Positions 11,491 through 25,000 of a stretch of DNA of 64,000 nt are shown in pieces. The stretch covers positions 1 to 64,000 of the forward strand of contig JAUCBJ010007689.1 of NCBI GenBank assembly GCA_032718475.1, given 5' to 3'. Position numbers and translations under genes: made by a program. Every line of letters begins with the position of its first letter. Positions within the stretch are counted from its first letter, which is position 1. Under the pieces are notes generated by a model. The model was not told the DNA's origin. It saw only the letters and a list, made by a program, of their open reading frames with translations, and ran no database searches. The DNA is from Nemertoderma westbladi (Eukaryota > Animalia > Xenacoelomorpha).

Positions 11491-13488
11491 GCGTTTCACA
11501 GCCAACAGCTGTTCTGCGTGAGGGGATTACGGCTCGGTTCTTGCACCTACGAATGTTAATTCCAGTTGAGTCGAAAATAACTAAATTCTGGAGATAGTGA
11601 GGTCCATTGAGTATCTATTAGTGCATTAATCCCCGTAGTTTTTATATAGTCAAATTTTTCTACATCTAACACATAAGGCCCCAATGCCCAGTTTCAGATT
11701 GTGAGATAAGTTCACACAGTCCCCCTATACTTCGTTTTAGGTTAACTGAAACCTCCGTTGTATTACAAGCTAACATTTAGTCAACATAATCAGTCAGTCT
11801 TGTGTTTCAGTTCTTCTTAGTAGATAATGCTCACCCTAAACCTTGTTTACGAGCCCTTGAGAGTTAGTGTGCACACCCCCCCCCCCCCCTGCTTTTCAGG
11901 TAACAGCCAAGATAGAAGACCCTTCGTATTGCCTCTGGTGTTACTAACTCGTTTCTTTTTACTTTTACTTAAAACCGGACTCACCCCACGACTAGGCATA
12001 CATGCATAGTAAGGTATAGCATAGATAGTGTGTGTTGTTAAGCAGAAGATAATAGTCAAGGTGGATGTGGTATTAAAAAACATTCCTTTGATAAAGATAA
12101 CGAATAATTATGAATACGACAACGAAAATTGTAACTCATAATTCATTAAATTTTGCAACTTATGAAAGCATTTCCTATTAAAGATCACTAGCAACTAAAC
12201 TGTATACCACACTATAGTAGCCTATCCTAATATCCCCAACACTAAACTTATATAATAAATTATATTCCGACTTTATAGTTTATGGCATTAACTCCTTCAA
12301 GTCCCATAAACGATTCCCATAAAATCAGTTTATAATGTTTCACAGCTTAGCAAAGTACTGTACAAAGGAAATTATTTTCGTCATTATCCCAACGCCCTAA
12401 AATGTCTTCCATAAATTCTCTTTATAATTTCAGCAGATCACAGCTTGATAAGGTAATTTACGACAAGGACTCGCTTACAGTTCCATAAATGATCACCATC
12501 CATAAATACTCATTATAATTTTAGTTTATCACATCAAAACATATCAAAAGAAATGAAACTCGTGGTGCTTATACTGAACTATTCAATTCACTGTAATTTA
12601 GATGAAGTCAAACGGATAAGCTGTTTTGCTAGTAACTACTGTATATCCGGATACTATATGCTGTACGCAGGTAGACGTCTACTGATCATAGGTCTTACAT
12701 CTATACTGACTTCATAGGTCGGCCTATATATATGTCAAACTACTTAAATATCTATAACGACTGAAATACCTTCTGGTCACTACTACAACACCCTTATTCC
12801 AAAAAATATCTCAATATACAAAATTAAAATGATAATGAAAATATACATAATGTACTTTGTTATCGTTCTCTTACTGTAGTAATAGCGGATTTAGGATTTA
12901 TAAGGGAAAGATACTATATTATAGAGCAAGGTGTTGCAGCTGTCCACTTCAGTATTTACAATGTGTCATGTATCAACAATATCGTATACTGTATGCCTAC
13001 GTTAATTATTCAACCAAAGTAGTATAGATTGTAGGCCACATCCGTAGAACATACAATGCTGGTTGTGCTAATGAAAAATAATCCAAATACAAGAATACAA
13101 ATGAATATTCGTCCACTCGGTGATCTTGGCAGATATGGGACTGGCCTATTCTTAGAGATGTTTCCTGGGATGGGTAGGCTATATAGTTCATGGTCGCTAT
13201 TGATCAGGTTTGTCAGCTATTGATTGATCTGGTGAATCAGGTTTGTGTCCTTGGCAGTTGGACGCCTCTTTCGTCCAGATAATAGAATGATGATTCAATG
13301 TGAGGCTGCAGTATATTTCCTAATGTTATCCGAAGTATTTATTTCATCTACCTGATGAGTACTGACTAGTTCTGAGCTGACTCTAATGATGACTCTACTG
13401 CATGTTCATAACGACCTTCATTGCCATCATACTTACCTTATTAGAACTTTCTCTATGACTCAATAAGTTTCTCCCTTAGGTCCAGAAT

Positions 13489-13690
13489 TGTAAAAGCTAC
13501 GCCGACAACCACTGCCGAGAACGGGAAATATGAAAATGTAACCTGTGTTCGTAATTCTCGTTTATTGTTTTGGTTAGAATAACTGTACCCTGTTCCTTTC
13601 TCTCAATTGATAATTAACATTAATTAGCTTTAATAATGGTTGTCGGCGTTGGTAGTCGGTTGTCGGTTATCGGCGTAGCGTTTACACCCC
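13489..13690. mobile_element. ~200-bp MITE
   Basis: TIRs TGTAAAAGCTACGCCGA and TCGGCGTAGCGTTTACA(CCCC); the same terminus recurs at 62631. Confidence 0.7.
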
Positions 13691-16024
13691 CAGAATGGGC
13701 TGATCTGGCTACGGGATTTTATTTCTCTTCTGAGGATTAAAGGGAGAGTTTGAGGAAAAATGAGTTTCATTTGTAGATAATTTTACAGCAGCTGCAAAAT
13801 AGGAAAATCGCCTCATTATTGCTTTATTTGTTGGGAACTAAATTCATATTCGTTGAATTGAAACTGATTTGTCCATGTGGAATTAAAACAACATCCACTT
13901 ATTTATTGAAACTAAATTCATTTTTATTCTAAATAATTTTTGGAATAATTGGAATTGATATATTGTTTTCAAGATTCATAAAGTGGTGAGGTAGGTAGGT
14001 AGTCCCAGATATGATTATAAGATAATCTAGCCAACTAATTGTGAAACTTATTCCAATGGTTTGTTATTCGGTACCTAGTTTATTATATATAAATTACTAA
14101 CCATATTTGTAAATTGAGTCGGATAATTTCATCAATAGTAAATTTCTTTCTTTCTGCAGGCAGTATAGTATATATCCACTGTAAGTTATGATAAATATTG
14201 AATTTCTCCAAATTCCGTGATAAATAATTTATAATATACTATTAATATAATAATATAATTGTATTTAAAGAGCCATAGGAAACTATTGTAACAATAAATT
14301 TCTCACGTTCTATGTGTACGGCTAAATCAATAAGGCTTTATTTAAAACATATCAAAGACATTAAGTTTTTATAAATAAATAGCAAAGCGAATGGCCACTA
14401 CAGCCGCTGAGGGGGAGGGGTGTATCTGATTAAGACTATATTTCAGGTGGTGGTGTATAAAATACAAAATATAATATTTCGCTATAATACTACCAGCGTT
14501 GGGTAATATTGACCCGCGGTAGCAGCTAGCATTGTTCAAGTTATTACATTTGCTTACATTATTTGGTTGAAATTACAGCAGAAATTACATTAAAATGTTT
14601 CGTCCTTCTAAACACCATAACTTCATCAAGAATAGGTTGAAGTAATTTAACAAGTTGGTTACAAGTAAAAAAATAGCAGCCGCAATTGGTCACGTACGAA
14701 ATTTAGTTTCGTTTATTGTTTTGGTTAGAAAACACCGACACTATTATTATTATTTACACTCAAAGAATTTAAAATCTAAGGAGTAGAAACACAACCAGTT
14801 TAAATAAAATTATACAACTACGGTTTATTTGCTATCTAGAAGAAGTACACGAAACACTAAATACAATTTAAAATAAATAACATTATCAAACAATAAAACT
14901 AACTGAATAAAATCGAAATGGATGTAAAAAAAAATATAAACAAAGCGTATTGAGGTTGACTATCAAATAAAAATAACAATTTAATTAATTACTGAAATAA
15001 TAACATTTGACTTTACAAATTATGATTGAAATGGCAGAAAGAGAGCAAATCAAGATCAACTTCAAGCCCACTAAAAAACGGTTGGTGTAATTAAATTAAT
15101 CAAATAAGTTTTTTGGATAGTTTTGTTGCTGTACCTGTTGGTATGAAGGACTTTGCATATTGTAACTTTATTTATTTAAATTGTCGCATATTTTGTTCCA
15201 TGTAGAATATGAAGAATAAGAACTCATCGTACACTGAATATGCACACTTCTGTGGTTTATTATAGGGATTTTGCTATGCACATCTGTGGTTTTACAGTTG
15301 TAAGTAGCGTTTGTTTTTTATCTATGAATTAGGATTTTATTGATTTTTTTCATTTTTTTCCATTGTATGTAGATTGTTATTCAACATTCCTGTTTTGGCA
15401 GTGGTCTGTTATTGTTCTTCTGTATTTTATGTCATTGTATTCAATGTCGCATTGCGCTATCAGCAATGAGCTTTGTTTTTATCTGCTTGTTGTTAATAGA
15501 ATACAAAACCAAATAAAATTAACCTTTGAATATTTTTCCTTGATCTACTTACAAGATTATTTACAACCCCAGATTTACAGAATAATTAGATATATCAAAT
15601 CCTTTCCCCTTTCATATATACCCAAATCCTTTCCCCTTTCCATGACAACTTTTTCCTCCTACCATTGTCTAATCTATTCTACAAAAATTATTACCAACAT
15701 ATAAAAAAGTTTGAGGATAATAATTATTTCCGGTTGATTGACTCTTATCCTATAATCAAATCAAACTTGGCGACCCAAGAACAAAATAAATATAAAACTA
15801 TAATTATGCTCTTTTTATTTGCGGGGAGATGGTCTTCTCGAACTTAGCAGTCATCATTATAAATCCAGGGGGGCGATAATAGCAAAATACTGGAATTGAA
15901 TTATAGAGTTGTGTAATAAATAAATATTAAAAATCATATCAGGATGGTTCTTAATTAATAAGTTGGACGTTTACATTTTTTGAGTTTAGATAAAAAAATA
16001 AATCAATTAATTACACCACAAACA

Positions 16025-16450
16025 GACGCCACCAAACAGAGGGCGTGGATTGAGCCACTGCGCCAGTCGAACTGCTCGGCTCTACGTTCAGCCACTATGA
16101 CTCACCTGGGGATCGCCCGTCTCAATGCGACCCAATCTCCGGACGCCATCCCAGACAATTCATTGGGACTGAAACTCACAGACTCCCAGTTCTGGGTTTC
16201 TGTCGCCACACACCTCCTCGGCTGAAACGTAACCGAGCCCCACAGCTGCACCCGATGTCCGACAAGATGGACTCCACGGTTTGTCTTGTGCGGGGTGTGC
16301 CGGGTGGTTGCCGCGACGCTCTATGTTCAACGACATGTGCGGCGCGTAGTGGCAACCTGTAGGGTTCCAGCCATCTTGGAGTTGGAGACGCTGGTGTTGT
16401 GAACGGGAAGCTCATCAATGTCGTCATCCCCGTCCCGTGGAGCCGTAGGT
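16025..16450 (+). mobile_element. Decayed fragment of a CRE-like (RLE-bearing) non-LTR retrotransposon, zinc-knuckle and endonuclease region
   Basis: Across frameshifts and stops: QRAWIEPL, ARLNATQS, AIPDNSLGLKLTDSQF, PHSCTRC, DGLHGLSC, RRSMFND, VPAILE, GK....IPVPWSR. This matches the motif order I recall for the C-terminus of CRE-clade ORFs. Confidence 0.75.
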
Positions 16451-16850
16451 GGCGTCATCCCCGTCCCGTGGAGCCGTGGGTGGCGCCATCCTCGTCCCAT
16501 GGAGTCGTGGGTTTCGTCATCCCCGTCCCATGGAGACGTGGGCGGCGCCATCCTCGTCCCATGGAGCAGTGGGTGTCGTCATCCCCGTCCCATGGAGACG
16601 TGGGCGGCGCCATCCTCGTCCCATGGAGCCGTGGGTGTCGTCATCCCCGTCCCATGGAGACGTGGGCGGCGCCATCCTCGTCCCATGGAGCCGTGGGTGT
16701 CGTCATCCCCGTCCCATGGAGACGTGGGCGGCGCCATCCTCGTCCCAAGGAGCCGTTGGTGTCGTCATCCCCGTCCCTTGGAGACGTGGGCGGCGCCATC
16801 CTCGTCCCGTGGAGCCGTGGGTGGCGTCATCTTCATCCAGTGGAGACGAG
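16420..16850. repeat. GC-rich minisatellite, 31-bp units alternating in a 62-bp dimer
   Basis: CGTCATCCCCGTCCCATGGAGACGTGGGCGG and CGCCATCCTCGTCCCATGGAGCCGTGGGTGT alternate; CGTCAT at 16515 and 16577 gives a period of 62. Confidence 0.95.
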
Positions 16851-17127
16851 TGCGGCATTACCCCATTATCCAATGCTACAGTATTATTCATGTTCATCAT
16901 GTGTTAAGTGAGATGCTTGCTTTTCGGAATCAATTTCAAGTCTAAATAAGGTAGGGATGAATATTGAAGGTGCCCATGTGGATGTTTACACATGTGGATG
17001 GTTAAAATAATTTAACTTTTTGTTTTTTTAATTAAATTTGCCATCCTTAGGCGCTGCGGTTTTTCAATTTACAATATTGTATACAGTTGGTTTCAAACTA
17101 GTTCAAAGTTGGTAGCAACTGTAAAGT

Positions 17128-17737
17128 AATAACTATATACATACTTGTGTGTAAAGTAGCACTTTACAGTGTGATGATCCGAGTGGCTTTGTTACACGAA
17201 CGAACGTTAGTGAGTGAGTGAAAATAAAGCCACGAGGATCAGAACACTGTAAATTACTTTGCAACATGTATGTATGTAGTTTTATTCCAAAATGTTAACA
17301 TTACGATTATGGTTGTACATATACATTATAAGTGATAGAAACTGCACAAATTATATTAGTTGCTCTATAAATAAATGTAAAATGACATAAATTATGTTAT
17401 AAATAAGTTAGCTTATATTTATGGTGGCATTTGGAGCCATGTTATAATTATATAGCTAGGCCCTACTGGTTATTAATAGCTATACCCCGCCTACCGGTAG
17501 GTAATGCAGTAGGCCTTTCTGGCTGTCAGGCAATTTTCCACCTATTGTTTACGTGGTAACCAATGACGGCGTTAAGTAATGTCCACTAAGGGAACATTAC
17601 TTACTGATAACACCAAATACAATACTAAATGTACAGGCCAATTCAATGATGTAATGTCCTCTAAAGCTGTAAAGTGGTAAATAACAACTCGCTGTTAATA
17701 CTAACGGCGTTGAGTAATGTTACAATTTTGGAATAAA
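17128..17737. mobile_element. Non-autonomous Crypton-like palindromic element
   Basis: A ~160-bp imperfect hairpin spans 17128-17286 (TTTACAGTGTGATGATCCGAGTGGCTTT / AAAGCCACGAGGATCAGAACACTGTAAA). It overlaps a second inverted pair, TTTATTCCAAAATGTTAACATTAC (17281) and GTAATGTTACAATTTTGGAATAAA (17714-17737). The family call is by architecture. Confidence 0.6.
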
Positions 17738-19544
17738 GTCATTTCCAGTCAATTATAAAGTAATTATCATCAGTTATTATAAACTTAATTAAGAGTTTAT
17801 GGTGCAAAATTACAAATTTTGCATAAAATAATTTATTGCTATAAATAAGTTGCATCCATAAATTTGATTCACGACAATTACACCAGGAGCGGCTAAACAG
17901 TCGTTGTAAACTAATAAACAATGAGTTGTAAAATACTAATACACAATGACAGCCAAATAAATAAAAACTGAAAAAAAAATAATAATAATAATGGGAAATC
18001 AAGAAATCGTATTTCCGTTCGTATCTCTGCGAGATTCAAAATTGGAATCATTTCGTATTTTTCGTTACTATCGATATGTCTTTAGTTGTTCGTGATATAC
18101 TAGATCCATTTTTTAGATATTTTTAAGCCAATCAATCAGCTGACTGTTTACAGTTGATTACTGATTGCATGCAAGTTTAGGTCAACATTTGGTTTTTATT
18201 CATTTGTTCCACATACAAAACAAATCGATAAAGTTATCATTTCCATAATAATGTCGAAATGTACCGTTTATCGCTAACGAGCCTAACACATATGCTATAT
18301 ACATTATGTACATCCTGTTCTACTTACGGTGTTTACATATTTCCTTTTTCGAATACATTTTTTTTAAACAATAAAAGTTTCATAAACCCGATATTTCATC
18401 AACATCGTAATTTTCCAATTTTGCAATATGACTGACTTCATGCATATCTGTTGCAAAACGTTTTCTTAAAATCTCAACGTTACTTGTCGCCTTTAGTAGT
18501 TACAGCAATTTTTATCACATTATAACTTTAGAGGAGAACATATCACATTACAGTTGTACAATACGAAGTAATGTAAACAGTACAGATCTATTTGGCTAAC
18601 TTAGAATGTAACTGAACTTGAAATAATTAATTGTTCTAAGGTTGTAATAAAGGCAACATCAGCTATACCATACCGGTACTGTTATTGTTAATATGAGTAT
18701 ATACTAGCTAACACCCCCAGGGTTACGGGGATACGGGTTCCGGTGCAGGAAACTGCTGCGGCCGAAATTATCTTATAACTTCTGACTGCTTTTAAAGCGT
18801 ATTAAAATGTAACTTCAAACAAAACATACATACAAAACATCAGACAAAAAATGTTACGATCCTTTTTATAAAAAAAATAACTTTATGAACGATTCGCATG
18901 TAAGAAAGTATTTTTTTACCATATTTGTTGGGTTTTCTCAGGCGTAACGGACATAACGGTTGACATAACGGATGGTAATTGGATGGCTAGTTGTTTCTAG
19001 CTAGCCAATCACTGGTTAGTTACTTTTGTTTTCAGTTGTTTTCTAGAGAAAAATAATCATATGTAGCTTTTGGGAAGCCCAATCAACCTTAGCCAATTCT
19101 TGTGGGCAAATCTTGGATCTTATCTCAGTATCAGAAAAGGTTGGGATTGGGAACTGTCAAAGTAAAACCTTATCTCAGAAAATACTCAAGTTGGGTACTA
19201 CTATTACTACTACTATAATCGGACTGCTGCATTGCAGTTGCGTTGCACATTTGGATGCTATGATGCATTAACAAATCATTTGTGCCTCCACCATGCAACG
19301 GGCTGTCTCAGTACAACTTAAAGTACCGTTTTTTGTTCCATTCTATCCGATCTCACGTTTAAATTGTTATTGCAAATACATATACTACTTACACCTCCTG
19401 AAAAATTAAGTGTAGTGACATAATTCATTATATTGCGATAATGGATTCCTTATCATTGTCCCAACATTCGGGTTTTACTCGTTTTCCTGCGATAGGAATT
19501 TCTCCAAGATCCTTCTCGAGTATAACCGAAATTGCGGAAACGGT

Positions 19545-19640
19545 GCGGCACAGCATGGCTCGGCATGGCACATCGCGGCACAGCACAGCATGGGTTGGCA
19601 TGGCACATCGCGGCACAGCACAGCATGGCTCGGCATGGTA
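19545..19640. repeat. Short pentamer-based repeat (GGCAC/AGCAC/GGCAT) with a ~40-bp higher order
   Basis: GGCATGGCACATCGCGGCACAGCACAGCATGG occurs twice, with partial copies on either side. Confidence 0.85.
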
Positions 19641-19691
19641 AGACAATAAGTAAAGGCATGACATGCCATGGCCGCGACATCTTCATCGACA

Positions 19692-20894
19692 GGTTCGGCA
19701 TTGCCAGTAGATGCGTCGGATGTACCGGCTGGTCTAGTGGCTCGGCATTACCAGTAGATGCATCCAATGTACCGGCTAGTCTACTGTTTCGGTATTATAA
19801 TGTACCGGCTGGTCTACTGGGTGGACATTACCAGTAGATGCGTTGGATGTACTGGCTGGACTACTGGCTCAGCATTACCAGTAGATGCGTCGGATGTACC
19901 GGCTGGTCTACTGGTTCGGTATTATAATGTACCGGCTGGACTACTGGTTCGGCATTACCAGTAGATGCATCCAATGTACCGGCTGGTCTACTGGTTCGGT
20001 ATTATAATACACCAGCTGGTCTACTGGTTCGGCATTACCAGTAGATGCGTCGCATGTACCGGCTGGACTACTGGTTCGGCATTACCAGTAGATGCGTCGC
20101 ATGTACCGGCTGGACTACTGGTTCGGCATTACCAGTAGATGCATCCAATGTACCGGCTGGTCTACTGGTTCGGTATTATAATGTACCGGCTGGTCTACTG
20201 GTTGGACATTACCAGTAGATGCGTCGGATGTACCGGCTGGTCTACTGGTTCGGTATTATAATGTACCGGCTGGACTACTGGTTCGGCATTACCAGTAGAT
20301 GCATCCAATGTACCGGCTGGTCTACTGGTTCGGTATTATAATACACCAGCTGGTCTACTGGTTCGGCATTACCAGTAGATGCGTCGCATGTACCGGCTGG
20401 ACTACTGGTTCGGCATTACCAGTAGATGCGTCGCATGTACCGGCTGGACTACTGGTTCGGCATTACCAGTAGATGCATCCAATGTACCGGCTGGTCTACT
20501 GGTTCGGTATTATAATGTACCGGCTGGTCTACTGGTTGGACATTACCAGTAGATGCGTTGGATGTACTGGCTGGACTACTGGCTCAGCATTACCAGGTAG
20601 ATGCGTCGGATGTACTGGCTGGTCTACTGGTTCGGTATTATAAGGTACCGGCTGGTCTACTGGTTGGACATTACCAGTAGATGCGTCGGATGTACCAGCT
20701 GGTCTACTGGTTCGGTATTATAATATACCAGCTGGTCTACTGGTTCGGCATTACCAGTAGATGCATCGGATGTACCGGCTGGTCTACTGGTTCGGTATTA
20801 TAATATACCAGCTGGTCTACTGGTTCGGCATTACCAGTAGATGCGTCGCATGTACCGGCTGGACTACTGGTTCGGTATTACCAGTAGATGCATC
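19692..20894. repeat. Hairpin satellite, left block (33/47/48-bp units)
   Basis: Units ATGTACCGGCTGGTCTACTGGTTCGGCATTACCAGTAGATGCGTCGG (47 bp) and ATGTACCGGCTGGTCTACTGGTTCGGTATTATA (33 bp). Confidence 0.97.
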
Positions 20895-22047
20895 TGTAAA
20901 AGCTTTTGCGGATATAACAAGCCATTTTTCTCCACAATATACTGTGTAGGTGTTTTAGCGGACATAACAAGCCATTTTTACCCGCTATGTCTGCATGTGT
21001 GCTTTAGCAGACATAACAAGCCATTTTCTCCGCAATGCGCTTAATACTCTAAAAGATGACTCAGATGACGCAATCTGTCAGCTGATTTACTGCCAACGCG
21101 GAACCTGAATCTCTCTTTGTTCTTTGTTCGGCTCAGCCAATCAGAGCGATTTTCACTTTGTGTTGGACAGTGCCTACAGAAACCCACGCAATTCAGTCAG
21201 TGTGTATCTTTTCTAAGCCCAGAACACTGGCTTAGGATTCTTCTGTACTTCTGTGGAAGTTTCAGACTTTGACCTAAACCGCAGAAACATCAGATGGCTT
21301 TGATCACAAGAACGTAAAACTATTAACGCCACACCGCGGCACTACGCAACGCGATTCAACTACACAATACTGACTGTTCACCGCATTATTTGATTCTGTT
21401 ATTTATTGGTGTTATGTTGGTATATATTGCTGATATATTTGGAGAATACCGATGAATAATCATAAAACCCTCAATCTCTTTGATTACTAAAGGTTAGAGG
21501 AACAGGTTTACCGGTAGCAACTGCGACTTACATTATAGTGGTTTTTGTGTGAATTGAATGCTATTTCATAATCCCTACATGTGTCAGTTGCGATCCTCCT
21601 TATATATGATCAAATTCAGTGACGGTCGGCAGATCAGTGCGCAGTAGTGTGAAGTAGTGTGAAGTCGTGTGAAGTAGTGTGAAAGTTAATAAAGCATCTC
21701 CTAAAGAATGCGCCTTTTACGAAACTCAGTAGCCATCCAGTTGTGATTAGTATAAGTCATAACTCTGTTTTATACTTAAAGCGCCACGTCCTAAAGTAAC
21801 TGTTAATATTTCCCCGAAAGTAAATATATTGTCAGAGATTATATATTAACGATCAATCGAATAATACAGTAGGTCTACACTGCAATCACTATCAAAGCAT
21901 CCGAATCCAGTCTCCCTTAACTGTGGGTGAATGGTCGCGCACAGGCTGGCTTCGGCTGATGTAACTTCAGTACATTAAATAATTGATATACAAAAAAGAC
22001 AATTAAAATTGGCAGGTTAAACTGCTAAAGGTCTAAAAGCGCGAACC
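20895..22047. mobile_element. 1153-bp insertion with 5-bp TSD (solo LTR or non-autonomous TG..CA element)
   Basis: Flanked by GCATC at 20890-20894 and 22048-22052. It begins TGTAAAAGC and carries three ~54-bp subterminal repeats (GACATAACAAGCCATTTT). The sister copy at the window start ends in TACA. Confidence 0.75.
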
Positions 22048-25000
22048 GCATCCAATGTACCGGCTGGTCTACTGGTTTGGTATTATAATGTACCGGCTGG
22101 TCTACTGGTTCGGCATTACCAGTAGATGCGTCGGATGTACCGGCTGGACTACTGGCTCAGCATTACAAGTAGATGCATCCGATGTACCGGCTGGTCTACT
22201 GGTTCGGTATTATAATGTACCGGCTGGTCTACAGATTGGACATTACCAGTAGATGCGTTGGATGTACTGGCTGGACTACTGGTTCGGCATTACCAGTATC
22301 TGCGTCGGATGTACCAGCTGGTCTACTGGTTCGGTATTACAGTATAATGTACCGGCTGGTCTACTGGCTCAGCATTGCCAGTAGATGCATCCAATGTACC
22401 GGCTGGTCTACTGGTTCGGTATTATAATGTACCGGCTGGTCTACTGGTTGGACATTACCAGTAGATGCGTTGGATGTACTGGCTGGACTACTGGTTCGGT
22501 ATTACCAGGTAGATGCGTCAGATGTACCGGCTGGACTACTGGTTCGGTATTATAATGTACCGGCTGGTCTACAGATTGGACATTACCAGTAGATGCGTTG
22601 GATGTACTGGCTGGACTACTGGCTCAGCATTACCAGGTAGATGCATTGGATGTACTGGCTGGACTACTGGCTCAGCATTACTAGTAGATGCGTCAGATGT
22701 ACCGGCTGGACTACTGGTTCGGTATTATAATGTACCGGCTGGTCTACAGATTGGACATTACCAGTAGATGCGTCGGATGTACCGGCTGGTCTACTGGCTC
22801 AGCATTGCCAGTAGATGCATCCAATGTACCGGCTGGTCTACTGGTTCGGTATTATAATGTACCGGCTGGTCTACTGGTTGGACATTACCAGTAGATGCGT
22901 TGGATGTACTGGCTGGACTACTGGCTCAGCATTACCAGGTAGATGCATTGGATGTACTGGCTGGACTACTGGCTCAGCATTACTAGTAGATGCGTCAGAT
23001 GTACCAGCTGGTCTACTGGTTCGGTATTATAATGTACCGGCTGGTCTACTGGTTGGACATTACCAGTAGATGTGTTGGATGTACTGGCTGGACTACTGGC
23101 TCAGCATTACCAGGTAGATGCGTTGGATGTACTGGCTGGACTACTGGCTCAGCATTACCAGGTAGATGCGTCGGATGTACAGGCTGGTCTACTGGTTCGG
23201 TATTATAATATACCGGCTGGTCTACTGGTTCGGCATTACCAGTAGATGCGTCAGATGTACTGGCTGGACTACTGGCTCAGCATTACCAGGTAGATGCATC
23301 TGATGTACTGGCTGGACTACTGGTTCGGTATTACCAGGTAGATGCATCTGATGTACCGGCTGGTCTACTGGTTCGGCATTACCAGTATCTGCGTCGGATG
23401 TACCGGATGGTCTACTGGCTCAGCATTACTAGCAGATGCGTCGGTTGTACCGTCTGGTCTACTGGTTTGGTATTATAATGTACCGGCTGGTCTACTGGCT
23501 CAGCATTACTAGTAGATGCGTCGGATGTACCGGCTGGTCTACTGGTTCGGTATTATAATATACCAGCTGGTCTACTGGTTCGGCATTACCAGTAGATGCG
23601 TCGGATGTACTGGCTGGACTACTGGCTCAGCATTACCAGGTAGATGCATCTGATGTACCGGCTGGACTACTGGTTCAGTATTACCAGGTAGATGCATCTG
23701 ATGTACTGGCTGGTCTACTGGTTCGGCATTACCAGTATCTGCGTCGGATGTACCGGATGGTCTACTGGCTCAGCATTACTAGTAGATGCGTCGGATGTAC
23801 CGTCTGGTCTACTGGTTTGGTATTATAATGTACCGGCTGGTCTACTGGCTCAGCATTACTAGTAGATGCGTCGGATGAACCGGCTGGTCTACTGGCTCGG
23901 CATTACCAGTAGATGCGTCGGATGTACTGGCTGGACTACTGGCTCAGCATTACCAGGTAGATGCGTCGGATGTACCAGCTGGTCTACTGGTTCGGTATTA
24001 TAATGTACCGGCTGGTCTACTGGCTCAGCATTACTAGTAGATGCGTCGGATGTACTGGCTGGTCTACTGGTTCGGTATTACCAGGTAGATACATCGAATG
24101 TACTGGCTGGTCTACTGGCTCAGCATTACTAGTAGATGCGTCGGATGTACTGGCTGGTCTACTGGTTTGGTATTACCAGGTAGATACATCGGATGTACCG
24201 GCTGGTCTACTGGCTCAGCATTACTAGTAGATGCTTCAGATGTACTGGCTGGTCTACTGGTTCGGTATTATAATGTACCGGCTGGTCTACTGGTTGGACA
24301 TTACCAGTAGATGCGTTGGATGTACTGGCTGGACTACTGGTTCGGTATTACCAGGTAGATGCATCTGATGTACCGGCTGGTCTACTGGCTCAGCATTACC
24401 AGTAGATGCGTCTGATGTACTGGCTGTACTACTGGTTCGGTATTACCAGGTAGATACATCGGATGTACCGGCTGGTCTACTGGCTCAGCATTACTAGTAG
24501 ATGCGTCGGATGTACCGTCTGGTCTACTGGTTTGGTATTACCAGGTAGATACATCGGATGTACCGGCTGGTCTACTGGCTCAGCATTACTAGTAGATGCT
24601 TTGGATGTACTGGCTGGTCTACTGGCTCGGCATTTCCAGTAGATGCATCGGATGTACTGGCTGGTCTACTGGCTCAGCATTTCCAGTAGATGCATCGGAT
24701 GAACCGGCTGGTCTACTGGTTCGGTATTATAATGTACCGGCTGGTCTACTGGTTGGACATTACCAGTAGATGCGTTGGATGTACTGGCTGGACTACTGGT
24801 TCGGTATTACCAGGTAGATGCATCTGATGTACCGGCTGGTCTACTGGCTCAGCATTACCAGTAGATGCGTCTGATGTACTGGCTGGACTACTGGTTCGGT
24901 ATTACCAGGTAGATACATCGGATGTACCGGCTGGTCTACTGGCTCGGCATTTCCAGTAGATGCATCGGATGTACTGGCTGGACTACTGGCTCAGCATTAC

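Noticed and set aside
12230-12540. Degenerate ~90-110-bp repeat (CCATAAA...TTATAAT...CACAGC) and candidate GPCR first exon MDGDHLWN
   Set aside because: The repeat is too diverged to delimit. The candidate donor is phase 1 and would create a stop at the 7816 acceptor.
13006-13430. Minus-strand stretch encoding a hydrophobic segment (RIFICILVFGLFFISTTSIVC)
   Set aside because: The frame is interrupted by stops, I see no homology, and it cannot be linked in frame to the GPCR.
15000-15250. Minus-strand KSFIPTG motif resembling a CR1/L2 LINE C-terminus
   Set aside because: The match is too short and degraded to call.
16327-16945. Overlapping 150-175 aa ORFs in all frames
   Set aside because: This is a stop-poor GC-rich minisatellite, not an independent gene.
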